DNA of 64,000 bases from positions 4,365-68,364 of the forward strand of contig DATLFB010000033.1 of assembly GCA_035525285.1 (NCBI GenBank), read 5' to 3'. Under the pieces are notes generated by a model. It ran no database searches. It saw only the letters and a program-made list of their open reading frames with translations, and had not been told where the DNA came from. Source of the DNA: Thermoanaerobaculia bacterium (GTDB lineage Bacteria > Acidobacteriota > Thermoanaerobaculia > Gp7-AA8). Shown here in pieces: positions 35,836 through 44,674 of this stretch. The number at the start of each line of letters is the position of its first letter. Position 1 is the stretch's first letter. Made by a program: the position numbers and the translations under genes.

Positions 35836-36618
35836 CTACAGCGGGCCGGAGATCCCTCCGTCCTTGCGGACGCGCCAGAAGTGAATGGCCATCAGGAATC
35901 CGGCGGCCAGCGGAATCACCATGCAGTGCAGCACGTAGAAGCGCAGCAGCGTGGCCGCGCCGATCGAGCGGCCCGCGATCAACCCAAAGCGTGCGTCATC
36001 GCCCGCATGGATCAGCGGGACATCACCCAATGTGATGAGACTACTCATGGGCCCTTCAGTGCCCGCGCCCGGTGTCGCCCGGGCCATGTTCGATCCGACC
36101 GTGATGGCCCAGATCGCGAGCTGATCCCACGGCAGGAGATAGCCGGTGAACGAGAGCAGCAGCGTGAGCACGAGCAGAATCACGCCGACGTTCCAGTTGA
36201 ACTCGCGGGGCGGCTTGTACGAGCCGGTCATGAAGACGCGGAACATGTGCAGCCAGACCGCGATGACCATCGCGTGCGCACCCCAGCGGTGCATCTCGCG
36301 CATGATCCCGAAGGGCGCCTGCTCGCGCAGATCCATGATGTCGGTAAAGGCGTACTCGATCGTCGGGCGGTAGTAGAACATCAGCAGCAAGCCGGTCACC
36401 GTCTCGACGAGAAAGAGAAAGAACGAGGTGCCGCCCATGCACCACGTGTAGCTCATGCGCACACCCGAGCGGCGCACTTTGACCGGGTGGAGATGGAGGA
36501 TGAGGGAGCCGAGAACCGCCAGGACACGCTTGCGGTTGGTGTTGGGGACGCCGACCCGGAAGACCGACTTCCAGACCTGCGAGTTGACGATGCCTTCCTG
36601 AACTTGCTTCAGCGTCAT
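35836..36618 (-). CDS. Cytochrome b6-like (N-terminal cytochrome b domain, haem bL/bH ligands)
   Basis: ...MREMHRWGAHAMVIAVWLHMFRVFMTGSYKPPREFNWNVGVILLVLTLLLSFTGYLLPWDQ... Confidence 0.8.
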   Translation of the reverse strand: MTLKQVQEGIVNSQVWKSVFRVGVPNTNRKRVLAVLGSLILHLHPVKVRRSGVRMSYTWCMGGTSFFLFLVETVTGLLLMFYYRPTIEYAFTDIMDLREQAPFGIMREMHRWGAHAMVIAVWLHMFRVFMTGSYKPPREFNWNVGVILLVLTLLLSFTGYLLPWDQLAIWAITVGSNMARATPGAGTEGPMSSLITLGDVPLIHAGDDARFGLIAGRSIGAATLLRFYVLHCMVIPLAAGFLMAIHFWRVRKDGGISGPL

Positions 36619-36643
36619 CCAGCCCCCAACGAGTTGTCACGAA

Positions 36644-36726
36644 GCTCTTAGCTCTTAGCTGTTAGCTCTTAGGACATCGCCGTCGCCGGCCTTTCCTAAG
36701 AGCTAAGAGCTAAGAGCTAAGAGCTC
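36644..36726. repeat. Heptamer-tandem hairpin, family E: (GCTCTTA)x4 - loop - (TAAGAGC)x4
   Basis: aagctcttagctcttagctgttagctcttaggacatcgccgtcgccggcctttcctaagagctaagagctaagagctaagagctc. Confidence 0.85.
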
Positions 36727-37318
36727 ATACCTTCAAAAACGACTCGGGATTCACCCACTCACCGCGTTCCTGGTGGAACTGCACCGACTTGTCGACGACG
36801 ATCTGGCCGTCGGCGGTGTCGATGAAAACCCTGGCGCGTTCCAGAGGGCGCGGGGCCGGGCCTTCGAAGTTGATGCCGGTCCGGTAGAAACCGCTGCCGT
36901 GGCACGGGCACTTGAACTTGTTCTGCGAAGGAAGCCAGTTCGGCTGGCAGCCGAGATGCGTGCAGGTGGTGATGAGGGCGTACATCATCTCCTCGTTGCG
37001 CACGACCCAGATGCCGTACTTCTCTTTCCACCGCTCGTCGACTTCGCCGACGGTGTAGTCCGACGGAAAGCCGGCCTTGAACTTCTGCACCGGCTCGAAG
37101 AGAACGTTGGGAAACATGAAGCGGCCGAGGACGCTGGCGAGACCGCCGAGCGCGGCCGCGAGGGCGCCCCAGGCGAGCGTGAGAACGACGGGGAACCTGC
37201 GGCGGGTGATCTCCCCCTGCTCGCGGATGTCGGCCGCGGCACTCCCCGCGAGGGGTGTCTTCGGATTCACCTGATATGGCGTGATTTGTTCAGACATGGA
37301 TGCGTCGAAACGCGGCAA
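36725..37318 (-). CDS. Rieske [2Fe-2S] iron-sulfur protein
   Basis: ...ITTCTHLGCQP...KFKCPCHGSGFY (Rieske boxes CxH...CxCH). Confidence 0.85.
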   Translation of the reverse strand: MPRFDASMSEQITPYQVNPKTPLAGSAAADIREQGEITRRRFPVVLTLAWGALAAALGGLASVLGRFMFPNVLFEPVQKFKAGFPSDYTVGEVDERWKEKYGIWVVRNEEMMYALITTCTHLGCQPNWLPSQNKFKCPCHGSGFYRTGINFEGPAPRPLERARVFIDTADGQIVVDKSVQFHQERGEWVNPESFLKV

Positions 37319-37349
37319 CTATCGGTGAAAACGGGAAGGTAGTCAAGCC

Positions 37350-37436
37350 GAACGATGAACGATGAACGATGAGCGATGAACGATGGTTCAACGCTCTGTT
37401 TCATCGCTCATCGTTCATCGTTCATCGTTCATCGTT
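37350..37436. repeat. Heptamer-tandem hairpin, family D (GATGAAC)
   Basis: gaacgatgaacgatgaacgatgagcgatgaacgatggttcaacgctctgtttcatcgctcatcgttcatcgttcatcgttcatcg. Confidence 0.85.
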
Positions 37437-38262
37437 TGAGCGCTTCTTTCGCAGCCGATCGCACCTGCAATGAGGGATCAGACTGCGAGATCGGCGTGAG
37501 GATCTTTCCCGCTTCCTCGGGCGCAATCTTCATCAGCGCGGGGATCGCGGCGAGCATCGTCGCGTCCTTCTGGTCGGGGCGCATGCCGGGGACGCGGTCG
37601 AGGCGCGAGCGGTCGAGCATCTCGCGGACCACGCCGATGGCGCCGGTGTCACCGAAGCGCGCGAGGGCGATCGCGGCGTTGTAGCGGACGTCGGGAGTCT
37701 CGTCGCTCAGCGCCTGCACGAGCGCGGGAACGGCGCGCGGGTCGCCGATCTCGCCGAGAGCGTACGCGGCGGCTTTCCGGACATCGCGCTCATCCTTCGC
37801 GAAGGACGAGAGCAGCGGCGGAACGGCGGCGGGATCGCGGAGGCGTCCGAGGGCCAGGGCTGCGTAGATGCGCGTCTCGGGCGAGCGGTCCTGCAGCGCG
37901 TCGATGAGCAGTGGCGTCGCCCGGCGGTCGCCGAGATTGCCGAGGACCATGCTCAGGTACTGGCGGATGCGGGGATCGTCGTTCTTCGCGTCGCGAAAGA
38001 CGCGCGCCACGTCGTCGACGAGATTCGGATACTTCTTCGCCTCCCCCGCGTTGATCAGCTGCGAGAGCTGATACGCGGCCTGCCACCGCTCGCGCCGCCC
38101 GCCGGAGCGGACTTCGTTCAGATAGTCGGGAACGGTCTGCTCGTCACTCGCCAGTTTTCCGAAGAGAAAGAAGATGCCGACGGCAACGGCGACGACGCCG
38201 AGGGGGAAGAGCACGAATTGGAAGAGGATCGTGCGGGGGGACTCTTTGGGGACGTCGCTCAT
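37429..38262 (-). CDS. HEAT-repeat (PBS-lyase-like) protein with N-terminal membrane anchor
   Basis: Start at MSDVPKESP (ATG 38262). Repeated ...PLLIDALQDRSPETRIYAALALGRL / PALVQALSDETPDVRYNAAIALARFGD units. Confidence 0.65.
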   Translation of the reverse strand: MSDVPKESPRTILFQFVLFPLGVVAVAVGIFFLFGKLASDEQTVPDYLNEVRSGGRRERWQAAYQLSQLINAGEAKKYPNLVDDVARVFRDAKNDDPRIRQYLSMVLGNLGDRRATPLLIDALQDRSPETRIYAALALGRLRDPAAVPPLLSSFAKDERDVRKAAAYALGEIGDPRAVPALVQALSDETPDVRYNAAIALARFGDTGAIGVVREMLDRSRLDRVPGMRPDQKDATMLAAIPALMKIAPEEAGKILTPISQSDPSLQVRSAAKEALKR

Positions 38263-38268
38263 GCGTTG

Positions 38269-38348
38269 GAATTGAAAATTGAAAATTGAAAATTGAAAAA
38301 CACGGAAGCACGATCCTTTTTCAATTTTCAATTTTCAATTTTCAATTT
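38269..38348. repeat. Heptamer-tandem hairpin, family A (AAATTGA)
   Basis: ggaattgaaaattgaaaattgaaaattgaaaaacacggaagcacgatcctttttcaattttcaattttcaattttcaattt. Confidence 0.85.
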
Positions 38349-38358
38349 GCCTCCGCAC

Positions 38359-38832
38359 TCACCGTCCCGTCCCTGCCACAACAAAATCCGGCAGATACGT
38401 CTTCAGCTGCGTCGGCGCATCCGGCACCACGATCGCGTCCTTGTCGCACACGCTCTCGCACAGGCGGCACGCGACGCATTTGTTCTTCTCGACGAAGGCG
38501 ATCTTGTAGTGGTTGGCGATCGTCTCGTCCTCGGCATCGATCATCCTGATGCACTCGAACGGACAGATGTCGACGCAGAACTCGCAGCCGGTGCAGAGAT
38601 CCTTGATGACCTCGGCTTTCGGGATGTCCTTCGGCTTGATGCGGGGGATGAAGTCGCCGTGCTGGTTCTGGATCGCGTCGACCGGGCAGTAGATGCCGCA
38701 GACCGAGCAGTCGATGCAGCGCTCGGGGTGGATGTAGTACTGGCCCTTGGCTTCGCCCCAGATCGTGTTCGTCGGACACTTGATCTCGCAGACCGAGCAG
38801 CCGATGCACTTGTCGGTGATGAAGTGGGGCAT
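38359..38832 (-). CDS. 4Fe-4S ferredoxin-type protein with four Cx2Cx2Cx3C(P) clusters
   Basis: CIGCSVCEIKCP, CIDCSVCGIYCP, CTGCEFCVDICP, CVACRLCESVCD. Confidence 0.75.
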   Translation of the reverse strand: MPHFITDKCIGCSVCEIKCPTNTIWGEAKGQYYIHPERCIDCSVCGIYCPVDAIQNQHGDFIPRIKPKDIPKAEVIKDLCTGCEFCVDICPFECIRMIDAEDETIANHYKIAFVEKNKCVACRLCESVCDKDAIVVPDAPTQLKTYLPDFVVAGTGR

Positions 38833-38867
38833 GGTTGGCGGTCAGTTTAACGTGGGCGTCAAGAGGG

Positions 38868-38962
38868 GAATTGCGGTTGCCCGGTTGCCCTGTTTCCCGG
38901 TTGCCCGGTGCTGTGGGTGGGCGGGACCGGGAAACCGGGCAACTGGGAAACCGGGCAACCCT
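38868..38962. repeat. Palindromic element, family I
   Basis: gcggttgcccggttgccctgtttcccggttgcccggtg...gggaccgggaaaccgggcaactgggaaaccgggcaacc. Confidence 0.8.
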
Positions 38963-39344
38963 AAACCGACAACAACTCCGAAATCGTCTTGATCAGATGC
39001 GAGCTCTGAATCGGCTTCGAGATGTACGCATTCGCCCCCAGCGCCAGCCCGCGCTCCCGATCCTCTTCCGCACCTTCGGTGGTGATGATGATGATCGGGA
39101 TGCTCCTGAGCTGGGCGTTCTGGCGGACGAGCGAGACGAGCTTGAGTCCGTCCATGACCGGCATGTTGATGTCGGTGAGGATCAGGTCGATCTTGTCCGG
39201 ACCGGAGAGTTTCTTGAGCGCGTCGACGCCGTCGACCGCTTCGATGATCTTCGCGTTCTTGAATCGCTTCAGCGAAAACGAGATCAGTTGTCGCATGGTC
39301 GGCGAGTCTTCGACGACCAGAAAGTTCGCGTTCTCCATCCCCAC
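38961..39344 (-). CDS. CheY-like single-domain response regulator
   Basis: ...NFLVVEDSPTMRQL...LILTDINMPVMDGL...GANAYISKPI. Confidence 0.8.
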   Translation of the reverse strand: MGMENANFLVVEDSPTMRQLISFSLKRFKNAKIIEAVDGVDALKKLSGPDKIDLILTDINMPVMDGLKLVSLVRQNAQLRSIPIIIITTEGAEEDRERGLALGANAYISKPIQSSHLIKTISELLSV

Positions 39345-39361
39345 GAGTTCTGCCTCTCCCC

Positions 39362-40168
39362 CTAACTGGTGGTGGTGAGCAGGTCGAGGAAGCTCTGGAT
39401 CGTGTTCAGCTTCCGCTCGGACTGCGAGTAGAGTTTCGATGAGAAGATCGCCGTCGCGGCGTGCGCGGCGAGCAATGAGAAGAGCTCGTAATCGACGGCC
39501 GAAAACGCGTCCTTCTGCTGCAGGAGCTTGTAGATCACGATCAGCCCGATCACATGCTCCTTGATCTTGAGCGGCACGGCGGCGAGCGGCTTCTCGATGC
39601 TGATCGCGCTGCCCTCGATGTCCTGATTGATGTAGTAGCTCTCCCCCGTTCTTGCCACGTTGCCGAGCACGCCCTCGCCGAGGCGCGTGGAGATCTGGTC
39701 GACGCCGGGCATCACGTCGTCGCCCTCGTAGGCGATCGTCTTCAGCTCGTTGGTCTTCTCGTCCAGCAGCAGGATCGCGAACGCCTCGGCGCCGACGAGA
39801 TTGATGATGATCTCCTGGACGATCTGGATGACCTCGCGGAAGTCCAGCGTCGAGTGGAGCTGGTAGCTCGCGACGTAGAGATTCGCGAGATTGTTGTTCT
39901 GCTCTTCGATCTCGATGTAGCGAACGGCGAAGTCCTTGTTCTCTTCCTCGACTTCGCGGAAGCGCTGCTGGATGCGCCGGTTCTCTTCGGCGAGCTGGTT
40001 CACCTGATCGCGCAGGCGCTGGATCTCGTCCGGCGTGCGACCCTCGGTCTCGAGCGCCGCCATGCGGAAGCGCAGCCGCTGGTTCTCGCGCAGGAGCTCT
40101 TCGGTGAACTCCTTGCCCTTGTTGAACAGTTCGAGGAACTTCTCAGCTCTCTGGTGTTCGTCACTCAT
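39362..40168 (-). CDS. Coiled-coil plus GAF domain protein
   Basis: N-terminal heptad-rich 100 aa (ELLRENQRLRFRMAALETE...QLAEENRRIQQRFREVEEEN), then a GAF-like region ...GEGVLGNVARTGESYYIN... Confidence 0.55.
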   Translation of the reverse strand: MSDEHQRAEKFLELFNKGKEFTEELLRENQRLRFRMAALETEGRTPDEIQRLRDQVNQLAEENRRIQQRFREVEEENKDFAVRYIEIEEQNNNLANLYVASYQLHSTLDFREVIQIVQEIIINLVGAEAFAILLLDEKTNELKTIAYEGDDVMPGVDQISTRLGEGVLGNVARTGESYYINQDIEGSAISIEKPLAAVPLKIKEHVIGLIVIYKLLQQKDAFSAVDYELFSLLAAHAATAIFSSKLYSQSERKLNTIQSFLDLLTTTS

Positions 40169-40205
40169 GGTTGCGGACCCGGAAGATGCCGTGAATGTAG
40201 CACAA

Positions 40206-40270
40206 GTGGAGGACAGGCAATCCTGCCTGTCTCATGAAACGCGGACAGGCAGGATTGCCTGTCCTCCACT
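40206..40270. repeat. Palindrome family H
   Basis: gtggaggacaggcaatcctgcctgtctcatgaaacgcggacaggcaggattgcctgtcctccac. Confidence 0.85.
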
Positions 40271-40271
40271 T

Positions 40272-41342
40272 TCACGTGCCGATGCAAAGCTTGCGGATGG
40301 CATTCGGGATCAGCGGCAGCGCCAGCACTTCTTCGATCGCGCCGGTCTTGATCGCCTCGGCGGGCATGCCGAAGATGATCGCGGTCTCCGACGACTCGGC
40401 GATCGTTTTCCCGCCGCGCTCGCGCACCTCGCGAATGGCCTCGGAACCGTCGTCGCCCATGCCCGTCATGATCACCGCAACCATCCGCTCCCTGCACGCA
40501 TCGCTCGCGGTCCTGAACAGACGATCGACGGACGGCGCGTACAGATCGCTCGATCCCGCGGGGAACACGCGCACCTGCAACCCCTCGGCAATCCGGCGCA
40601 CTTCGCTCTGCATCCCGCCGGGCGCGATGTAGACATAGCCGGGGACAAGGATCTCGCCGTCGCGCGCTTCCTTCACCTCGTACGCGCTGAGCTTGTTCAC
40701 GCGATCGGCGAAGAGACGCGTGAACGTCGGCGGCATGTGCTGCGCGACGACGAACGGAACGGGCAGCAGCGGCAGCGACTGAAAGAGATGCTGCAGCGCG
40801 GGCGGACCGCCGGTGGAGCAGCCGATGGCCACGAGCTCGATGCCCTGCGGACACGACTCCGGTACGGGAGTGCCCTCGTCCGCGGGCTCGGCTTCCTCCT
40901 GCACGCGGCGGCGGAGGTTCTCCATCCGCAGCTCGCCGATCTGCAGCACTTTCCCGACGAGATCTTTCTGGATCTCTTCGAGCCGCGGCGAGACGCGCCC
41001 GCCGGGCTTCGCGATGAAGTCGAGCGCGCCGAGCTCGAGGGCCTTGAAGACACTCTTGTCGCTCGAGCGCGAAGAGACGGCGATGACGGCGGTCGGCAGA
41101 TTGACCATCACCCAGCGCAGGAACGCGAAGCCGTCCATGATCGGCATTTCGAGATCGAGCGTGATGACGTCCGGACGATGCTTCATCACCTGCTTGATCC
41201 CGTCCTCGCCGTTGACCGCGGTGCCGACGACTTTGATGCGCGGATCGGTCTCGAGCATGCGCGTGAGCGTCACGCGGTTGTACGCGGAGTCGTCGATGAC
41301 GAGCGCGCGGATGGCGGGAGTTGCGGACGACACCGCGCGCAA
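40272..41342 (-). CDS. cheB: Chemotaxis response regulator protein-glutamate methylesterase
   Basis: N-terminal REC (ALVIDDSAYNR...VITLDLEMPIMDG), C-terminal CheB methylesterase (...IGCSTGGPPAL...HMPPTFT...MTGMGDDG). Confidence 0.85.
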   Translation of the reverse strand: MRAVSSATPAIRALVIDDSAYNRVTLTRMLETDPRIKVVGTAVNGEDGIKQVMKHRPDVITLDLEMPIMDGFAFLRWVMVNLPTAVIAVSSRSSDKSVFKALELGALDFIAKPGGRVSPRLEEIQKDLVGKVLQIGELRMENLRRRVQEEAEPADEGTPVPESCPQGIELVAIGCSTGGPPALQHLFQSLPLLPVPFVVAQHMPPTFTRLFADRVNKLSAYEVKEARDGEILVPGYVYIAPGGMQSEVRRIAEGLQVRVFPAGSSDLYAPSVDRLFRTASDACRERMVAVIMTGMGDDGSEAIREVRERGGKTIAESSETAIIFGMPAEAIKTGAIEEVLALPLIPNAIRKLCIGT

Positions 41343-41414
41343 TTCTACTTCCGACAGTCAGGGATGCCCCTCACCCTGCCCCTCTCCCCGCTCGCGGGGA
41401 GAGGGGACTGATGC

Positions 41415-42266
41415 CTACTTCTGATACACCATGTCGTGCTTCAGATGCCGCAGCTTGAACTGCGTCGAGAGCGAGATCAGCGACTCGGAGTGGCCGAGGA
41501 GGAGGTAGCCGCCGTCGATGAGGCGGTTGTAGAAGTTGTTCACCACGACCTTCTTCGACGAGTCGTCGAAGTAGATGATCACGTTGCGGCAGAAGACGAC
41601 GTCGAGATGGCCGAGGAGCGAGACGCGGGCCTCGTCGTAGAGATTGAGGCGGCCGAAGGAGATCCGGTTGCGGATCTCGTCGATCACGCGCCACGAGCCG
41701 TCGGCTTCGCGCGTGAAGTAGGTGTCGCGCAGGCGCGCGTCCGTCGCGCGGAATGCATTCTCGCGATACGTGCCCTTGCGCGCTTTCGACAGGACCTGCT
41801 GATTGATATCGCTGGCGAAGATCTCGAACGCCGCGCGCTGGTACCACCCCGCGTCCTGCAGCAGCATCGCGAGCGAGTACGGCTCCTCGCCCGATGAGCA
41901 TCCCGCCGACCAGATGCGGATCTTCTTGATCGGCTTCCGCCCCAGCAGCTCCGGCACGATCTCGTCGGTGAAGGCCTGGAGCTGCGCGGGCTCGCGGAAG
42001 AAGTAGGTCTCGTTCGTCGTGACGAGATCGAAGATCTGATCGAACTCCGCGTCCGCGCGCGGATCGTACTGAAGGAAGTAGAAGTATTTCTGGAACGAGT
42101 CGAAACTCAGCTCGCGCGCGCGGGGCGAGAGGCGCTTCTGCAGGAGGTACTTCGACGAGTCGGCGAACCACATGCCGGAGCGTTTGTAGATCTGGTCCCG
42201 CAGCAGCCTGAAGACGTCGTCAGGCAGCTCCATGTGATGGTTCAACGAAAACCCGAACGTGGTCAT
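41415..42266 (-). CDS. cheR: Chemotaxis protein methyltransferase
   Basis: ...ETYFFREP...IRIWSAGCSSGEEPYSLAMLL...VFCRNVIIYFD (SAM-dependent CheR motifs). Start ATG 42266; the ORF-track N-terminal 19 aa derive from hairpin D. Confidence 0.85.
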   Translation of the reverse strand: MTTFGFSLNHHMELPDDVFRLLRDQIYKRSGMWFADSSKYLLQKRLSPRARELSFDSFQKYFYFLQYDPRADAEFDQIFDLVTTNETYFFREPAQLQAFTDEIVPELLGRKPIKKIRIWSAGCSSGEEPYSLAMLLQDAGWYQRAAFEIFASDINQQVLSKARKGTYRENAFRATDARLRDTYFTREADGSWRVIDEIRNRISFGRLNLYDEARVSLLGHLDVVFCRNVIIYFDDSSKKVVVNNFYNRLIDGGYLLLGHSESLISLSTQFKLRHLKHDMVYQK

Positions 42267-42278
42267 AGAACAAAGCCA

Positions 42279-42367
42279 GCGATGAACGATGAACGATGAC
42301 GATGAACGATGAACGGCCGCCACGCCTGCTCATCGTTCATCGTTCATCGATCATCGTTCATCGTTCG
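42279..42367. repeat. Heptamer-tandem hairpin, family D (GATGAAC)
   Basis: gatgaacgatgaacgatgacgatgaacgatgaacggccgccacgcctgctcatcgttcatcgttcatcgatcatcgttcatcgttcg. Confidence 0.85.
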
Positions 42368-44595
42368 GTCCCACTCTTCTCTCGCATTGCCGCCAGAATC
42401 GCGGCAATCACCACCTCGCGCCGGCTGTCCGCCGTCCGCCACGCCTCTTCCAGCTGGTCGCGATACAGCTCCTTGTGTCGAACGAAGGTTTCCGAGACAT
42501 CGTCGAGAATGGCCGCGTTCTCGAGCGCTTTGAACAGAAACGGGAACGACGAGGGGTCGGCGACTTTGTCGAGCGCCTGCACCGCGGACTGCTGCACGTA
42601 CGTATCGGGATCGTCGAGCGCGCGGTGCAGCGCGGAGAGCGCGGTGCGGTCGCCGCGCACGCCGAGGGCGGTCGCCGCGGCGGCACGGATGCGCCAGTCG
42701 TCGTGCGAGAGCGCCGCGAGGAGGCGATCGAATACGTCGCGGCCCGGAATGCGCGCGAGCGCGAGCATCGCCGCGCGCTGGATCTCCGGATCGGCCTCGT
42801 CGAGACACTGGAAGAGCACGTCTTTCACGCTCGCGTTTTCCGACTTGCCGAGCGCTTCGATGACCGCGATGCGCACCGGCGGCGGGTCGTGCGTGAGATG
42901 GCGCATCAGCGGCTCGATCGAATCGGGATGGCGATACTCGCCGAGCGCCTGCGCGGCCGCGGTGCGGATCCAGATGTCGTTGTCGTCGAGTGAGCTGATC
43001 AGCGGCTCGAGCCCGGTCTCCGGACGCAACCGCACGATCGCGTTGATCGCCGCGAGCCGCACCGAGGTCGCTTCATCGGCGAGCGAGAGCACCAGCTGAT
43101 CGGCGAAGCGTTCTTCGCCGAACTTGCCCATGAGCGAGACCGCTTTCTGCCGGATCGTCGGATCGCTGTCCTTCGACGCGAGCAGCAGCTCGTCGTGATA
43201 GCCCTCGCCCTGAATGTTCACGAAAACCGAGAGAGAGTTGAGCTTGATCGGGACCGAGGAGGACTGAAGGAGCCTGCGGATTTTCGTCATCACCTCGCCC
43301 TCGAACTCCGGGAAGGCGGTGACGAGCGCGGAGATCGAGTTGACCGCGGCCTGCTGCGAGGCGACGTCGTAGTCGTCGAGCTTCGCGAGGAGATAGTCGA
43401 TCGACGCGGGATCCGGAATCTCGCCGATGGTCTCGATGGCCAGGCGCCGGATCATCGGATTGTCGTGATCGAGGAAGGGCAGGATGCTCGGGATGCTCTC
43501 CCGGCCGCCGACGACATTCACGACGCGCAGGAGCAGTCCGACGATCTCGTCCTCCTCGGCGTTGCGCAGCGCCTCGAGAATGCTCGGCACGGCGGCGGCA
43601 CCGAAGTCGATGAGCGCTTGCGCGACGATCTCGGCGGTGTCGGGATGTTCGAGATACGCGATCAGGACCGGCAGCGCGCTCGCGTCCGAGGACCAGCCGA
43701 GAAACTTGAGGATGAACGCCTTCACCTCGCGCTTCGGCGTGCTGTGCAGATGCTCGACGAGCGGGACGATCTTTTCGCGCGGGAACGACTCGCGGAAGCG
43801 GTTCTGGATCAGTTGCCGCTCCGCCTGTTCGACGATGCGCGGCTTGCTCGCCTCGGCGATGCGCACGAGTGCGCGCAGCGCGGTGAGGTTGAGCTTTTCT
43901 TCGTCGGCGATGACTCGCAGCAGGAAGTTGACCGTGCCGACGTCGGCGATCTTGCCGATCGCCTCGAGCACCGGCTTGCGCAGCGACTTCTCCGCGAAGA
44001 GCGGAAGGATCGCGGGGAGCGCGGCGCGGTCGCCGATCTCGCCGACCGCTTCGATGACGTGAAACTTCAGCCAGAGATCCTCACGCTCGTGAAGGACGCG
44101 CATGAGATGCGGCAGCGCAGCGGCGTCGCGATATTTTCCGAGCGAAGAGACGACCGAGGAGGCGACGTTGATGTCGTGGTCCTTTGCCAGCAATTCGAGG
44201 AGGATGTCGAATCCGTCGCGGCTGCGGAGATCGCCGAGGAGATTGACCAGCGAGAGGCGGACGTCGACGTCCTGCTCGCGCCGCAGCCGCGCGACGATCG
44301 GCTCGATCGCCGGCGTCCCGATGCGCATCAGCGCCTCGGTCGAGGAGTTGCGCTTGCCGGCGTTCTCCGCGTCGGAGAGCGCGTCGAGGAGGCCATCGAC
44401 GATCTCCGGCCGCGCGTCACGCACGAGCCCGTCGACGATGGTCTTGCGCACGCGCCAGTCCTTGTCGCCGAGGAGCTCGAACATGAGCGGCAGATTGCGG
44501 TCGTCCGCCGAATGGGCGACGAGGTAGGCCGCTTTCTGGCGCGCGTCGGGGTCGGACGAGCGCGCTTGTTCGATGATTTGAGGGTCGGCTGTCAT
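42358..44595 (-). CDS. Large HEAT-repeat (PBS-lyase-like) protein, ~745 aa
   Basis: Around 20 tandem HEAT-like units (e.g. ...DALSDAENAGKRNSSTEALMRIG..., ...LISSLDDNDIWIRTAAAQALGEY...). Start at MTADPQ (ATG 44595), outside hairpin F. Confidence 0.7.
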   Translation of the reverse strand: MTADPQIIEQARSSDPDARQKAAYLVAHSADDRNLPLMFELLGDKDWRVRKTIVDGLVRDARPEIVDGLLDALSDAENAGKRNSSTEALMRIGTPAIEPIVARLRREQDVDVRLSLVNLLGDLRSRDGFDILLELLAKDHDINVASSVVSSLGKYRDAAALPHLMRVLHEREDLWLKFHVIEAVGEIGDRAALPAILPLFAEKSLRKPVLEAIGKIADVGTVNFLLRVIADEEKLNLTALRALVRIAEASKPRIVEQAERQLIQNRFRESFPREKIVPLVEHLHSTPKREVKAFILKFLGWSSDASALPVLIAYLEHPDTAEIVAQALIDFGAAAVPSILEALRNAEEDEIVGLLLRVVNVVGGRESIPSILPFLDHDNPMIRRLAIETIGEIPDPASIDYLLAKLDDYDVASQQAAVNSISALVTAFPEFEGEVMTKIRRLLQSSSVPIKLNSLSVFVNIQGEGYHDELLLASKDSDPTIRQKAVSLMGKFGEERFADQLVLSLADEATSVRLAAINAIVRLRPETGLEPLISSLDDNDIWIRTAAAQALGEYRHPDSIEPLMRHLTHDPPPVRIAVIEALGKSENASVKDVLFQCLDEADPEIQRAAMLALARIPGRDVFDRLLAALSHDDWRIRAAAATALGVRGDRTALSALHRALDDPDTYVQQSAVQALDKVADPSSFPFLFKALENAAILDDVSETFVRHKELYRDQLEEAWRTADSRREVVIAAILAAMREKSGTER

Positions 44596-44597
44596 AC

Positions 44598-44672
44598 GTG
44601 CCACGTGCTGCGTGCTGGGTGCTGCGTGCCGCCGCTGCCTTTACGCAGCACGCAGCACGTAGCACGCAGCAC
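44598..44672. repeat. Heptamer-tandem hairpin, family F (GTGCTGC)
   Basis: gtgccacgtgctgcgtgctgggtgctgcgtgccgccgctgcctttacgcagcacgcagcacgtagcacgcagcac. Confidence 0.85.
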
Positions 44673-44674
44673 CT

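Noticed and set aside
34549-36651. 700-aa plus-strand ORF opposite the cytochrome b genes
   Set aside because: Antisense to cytochrome b6/subunit IV, which carry clear family signatures. The composition is Asp/Glu/Arg/His low-complexity.
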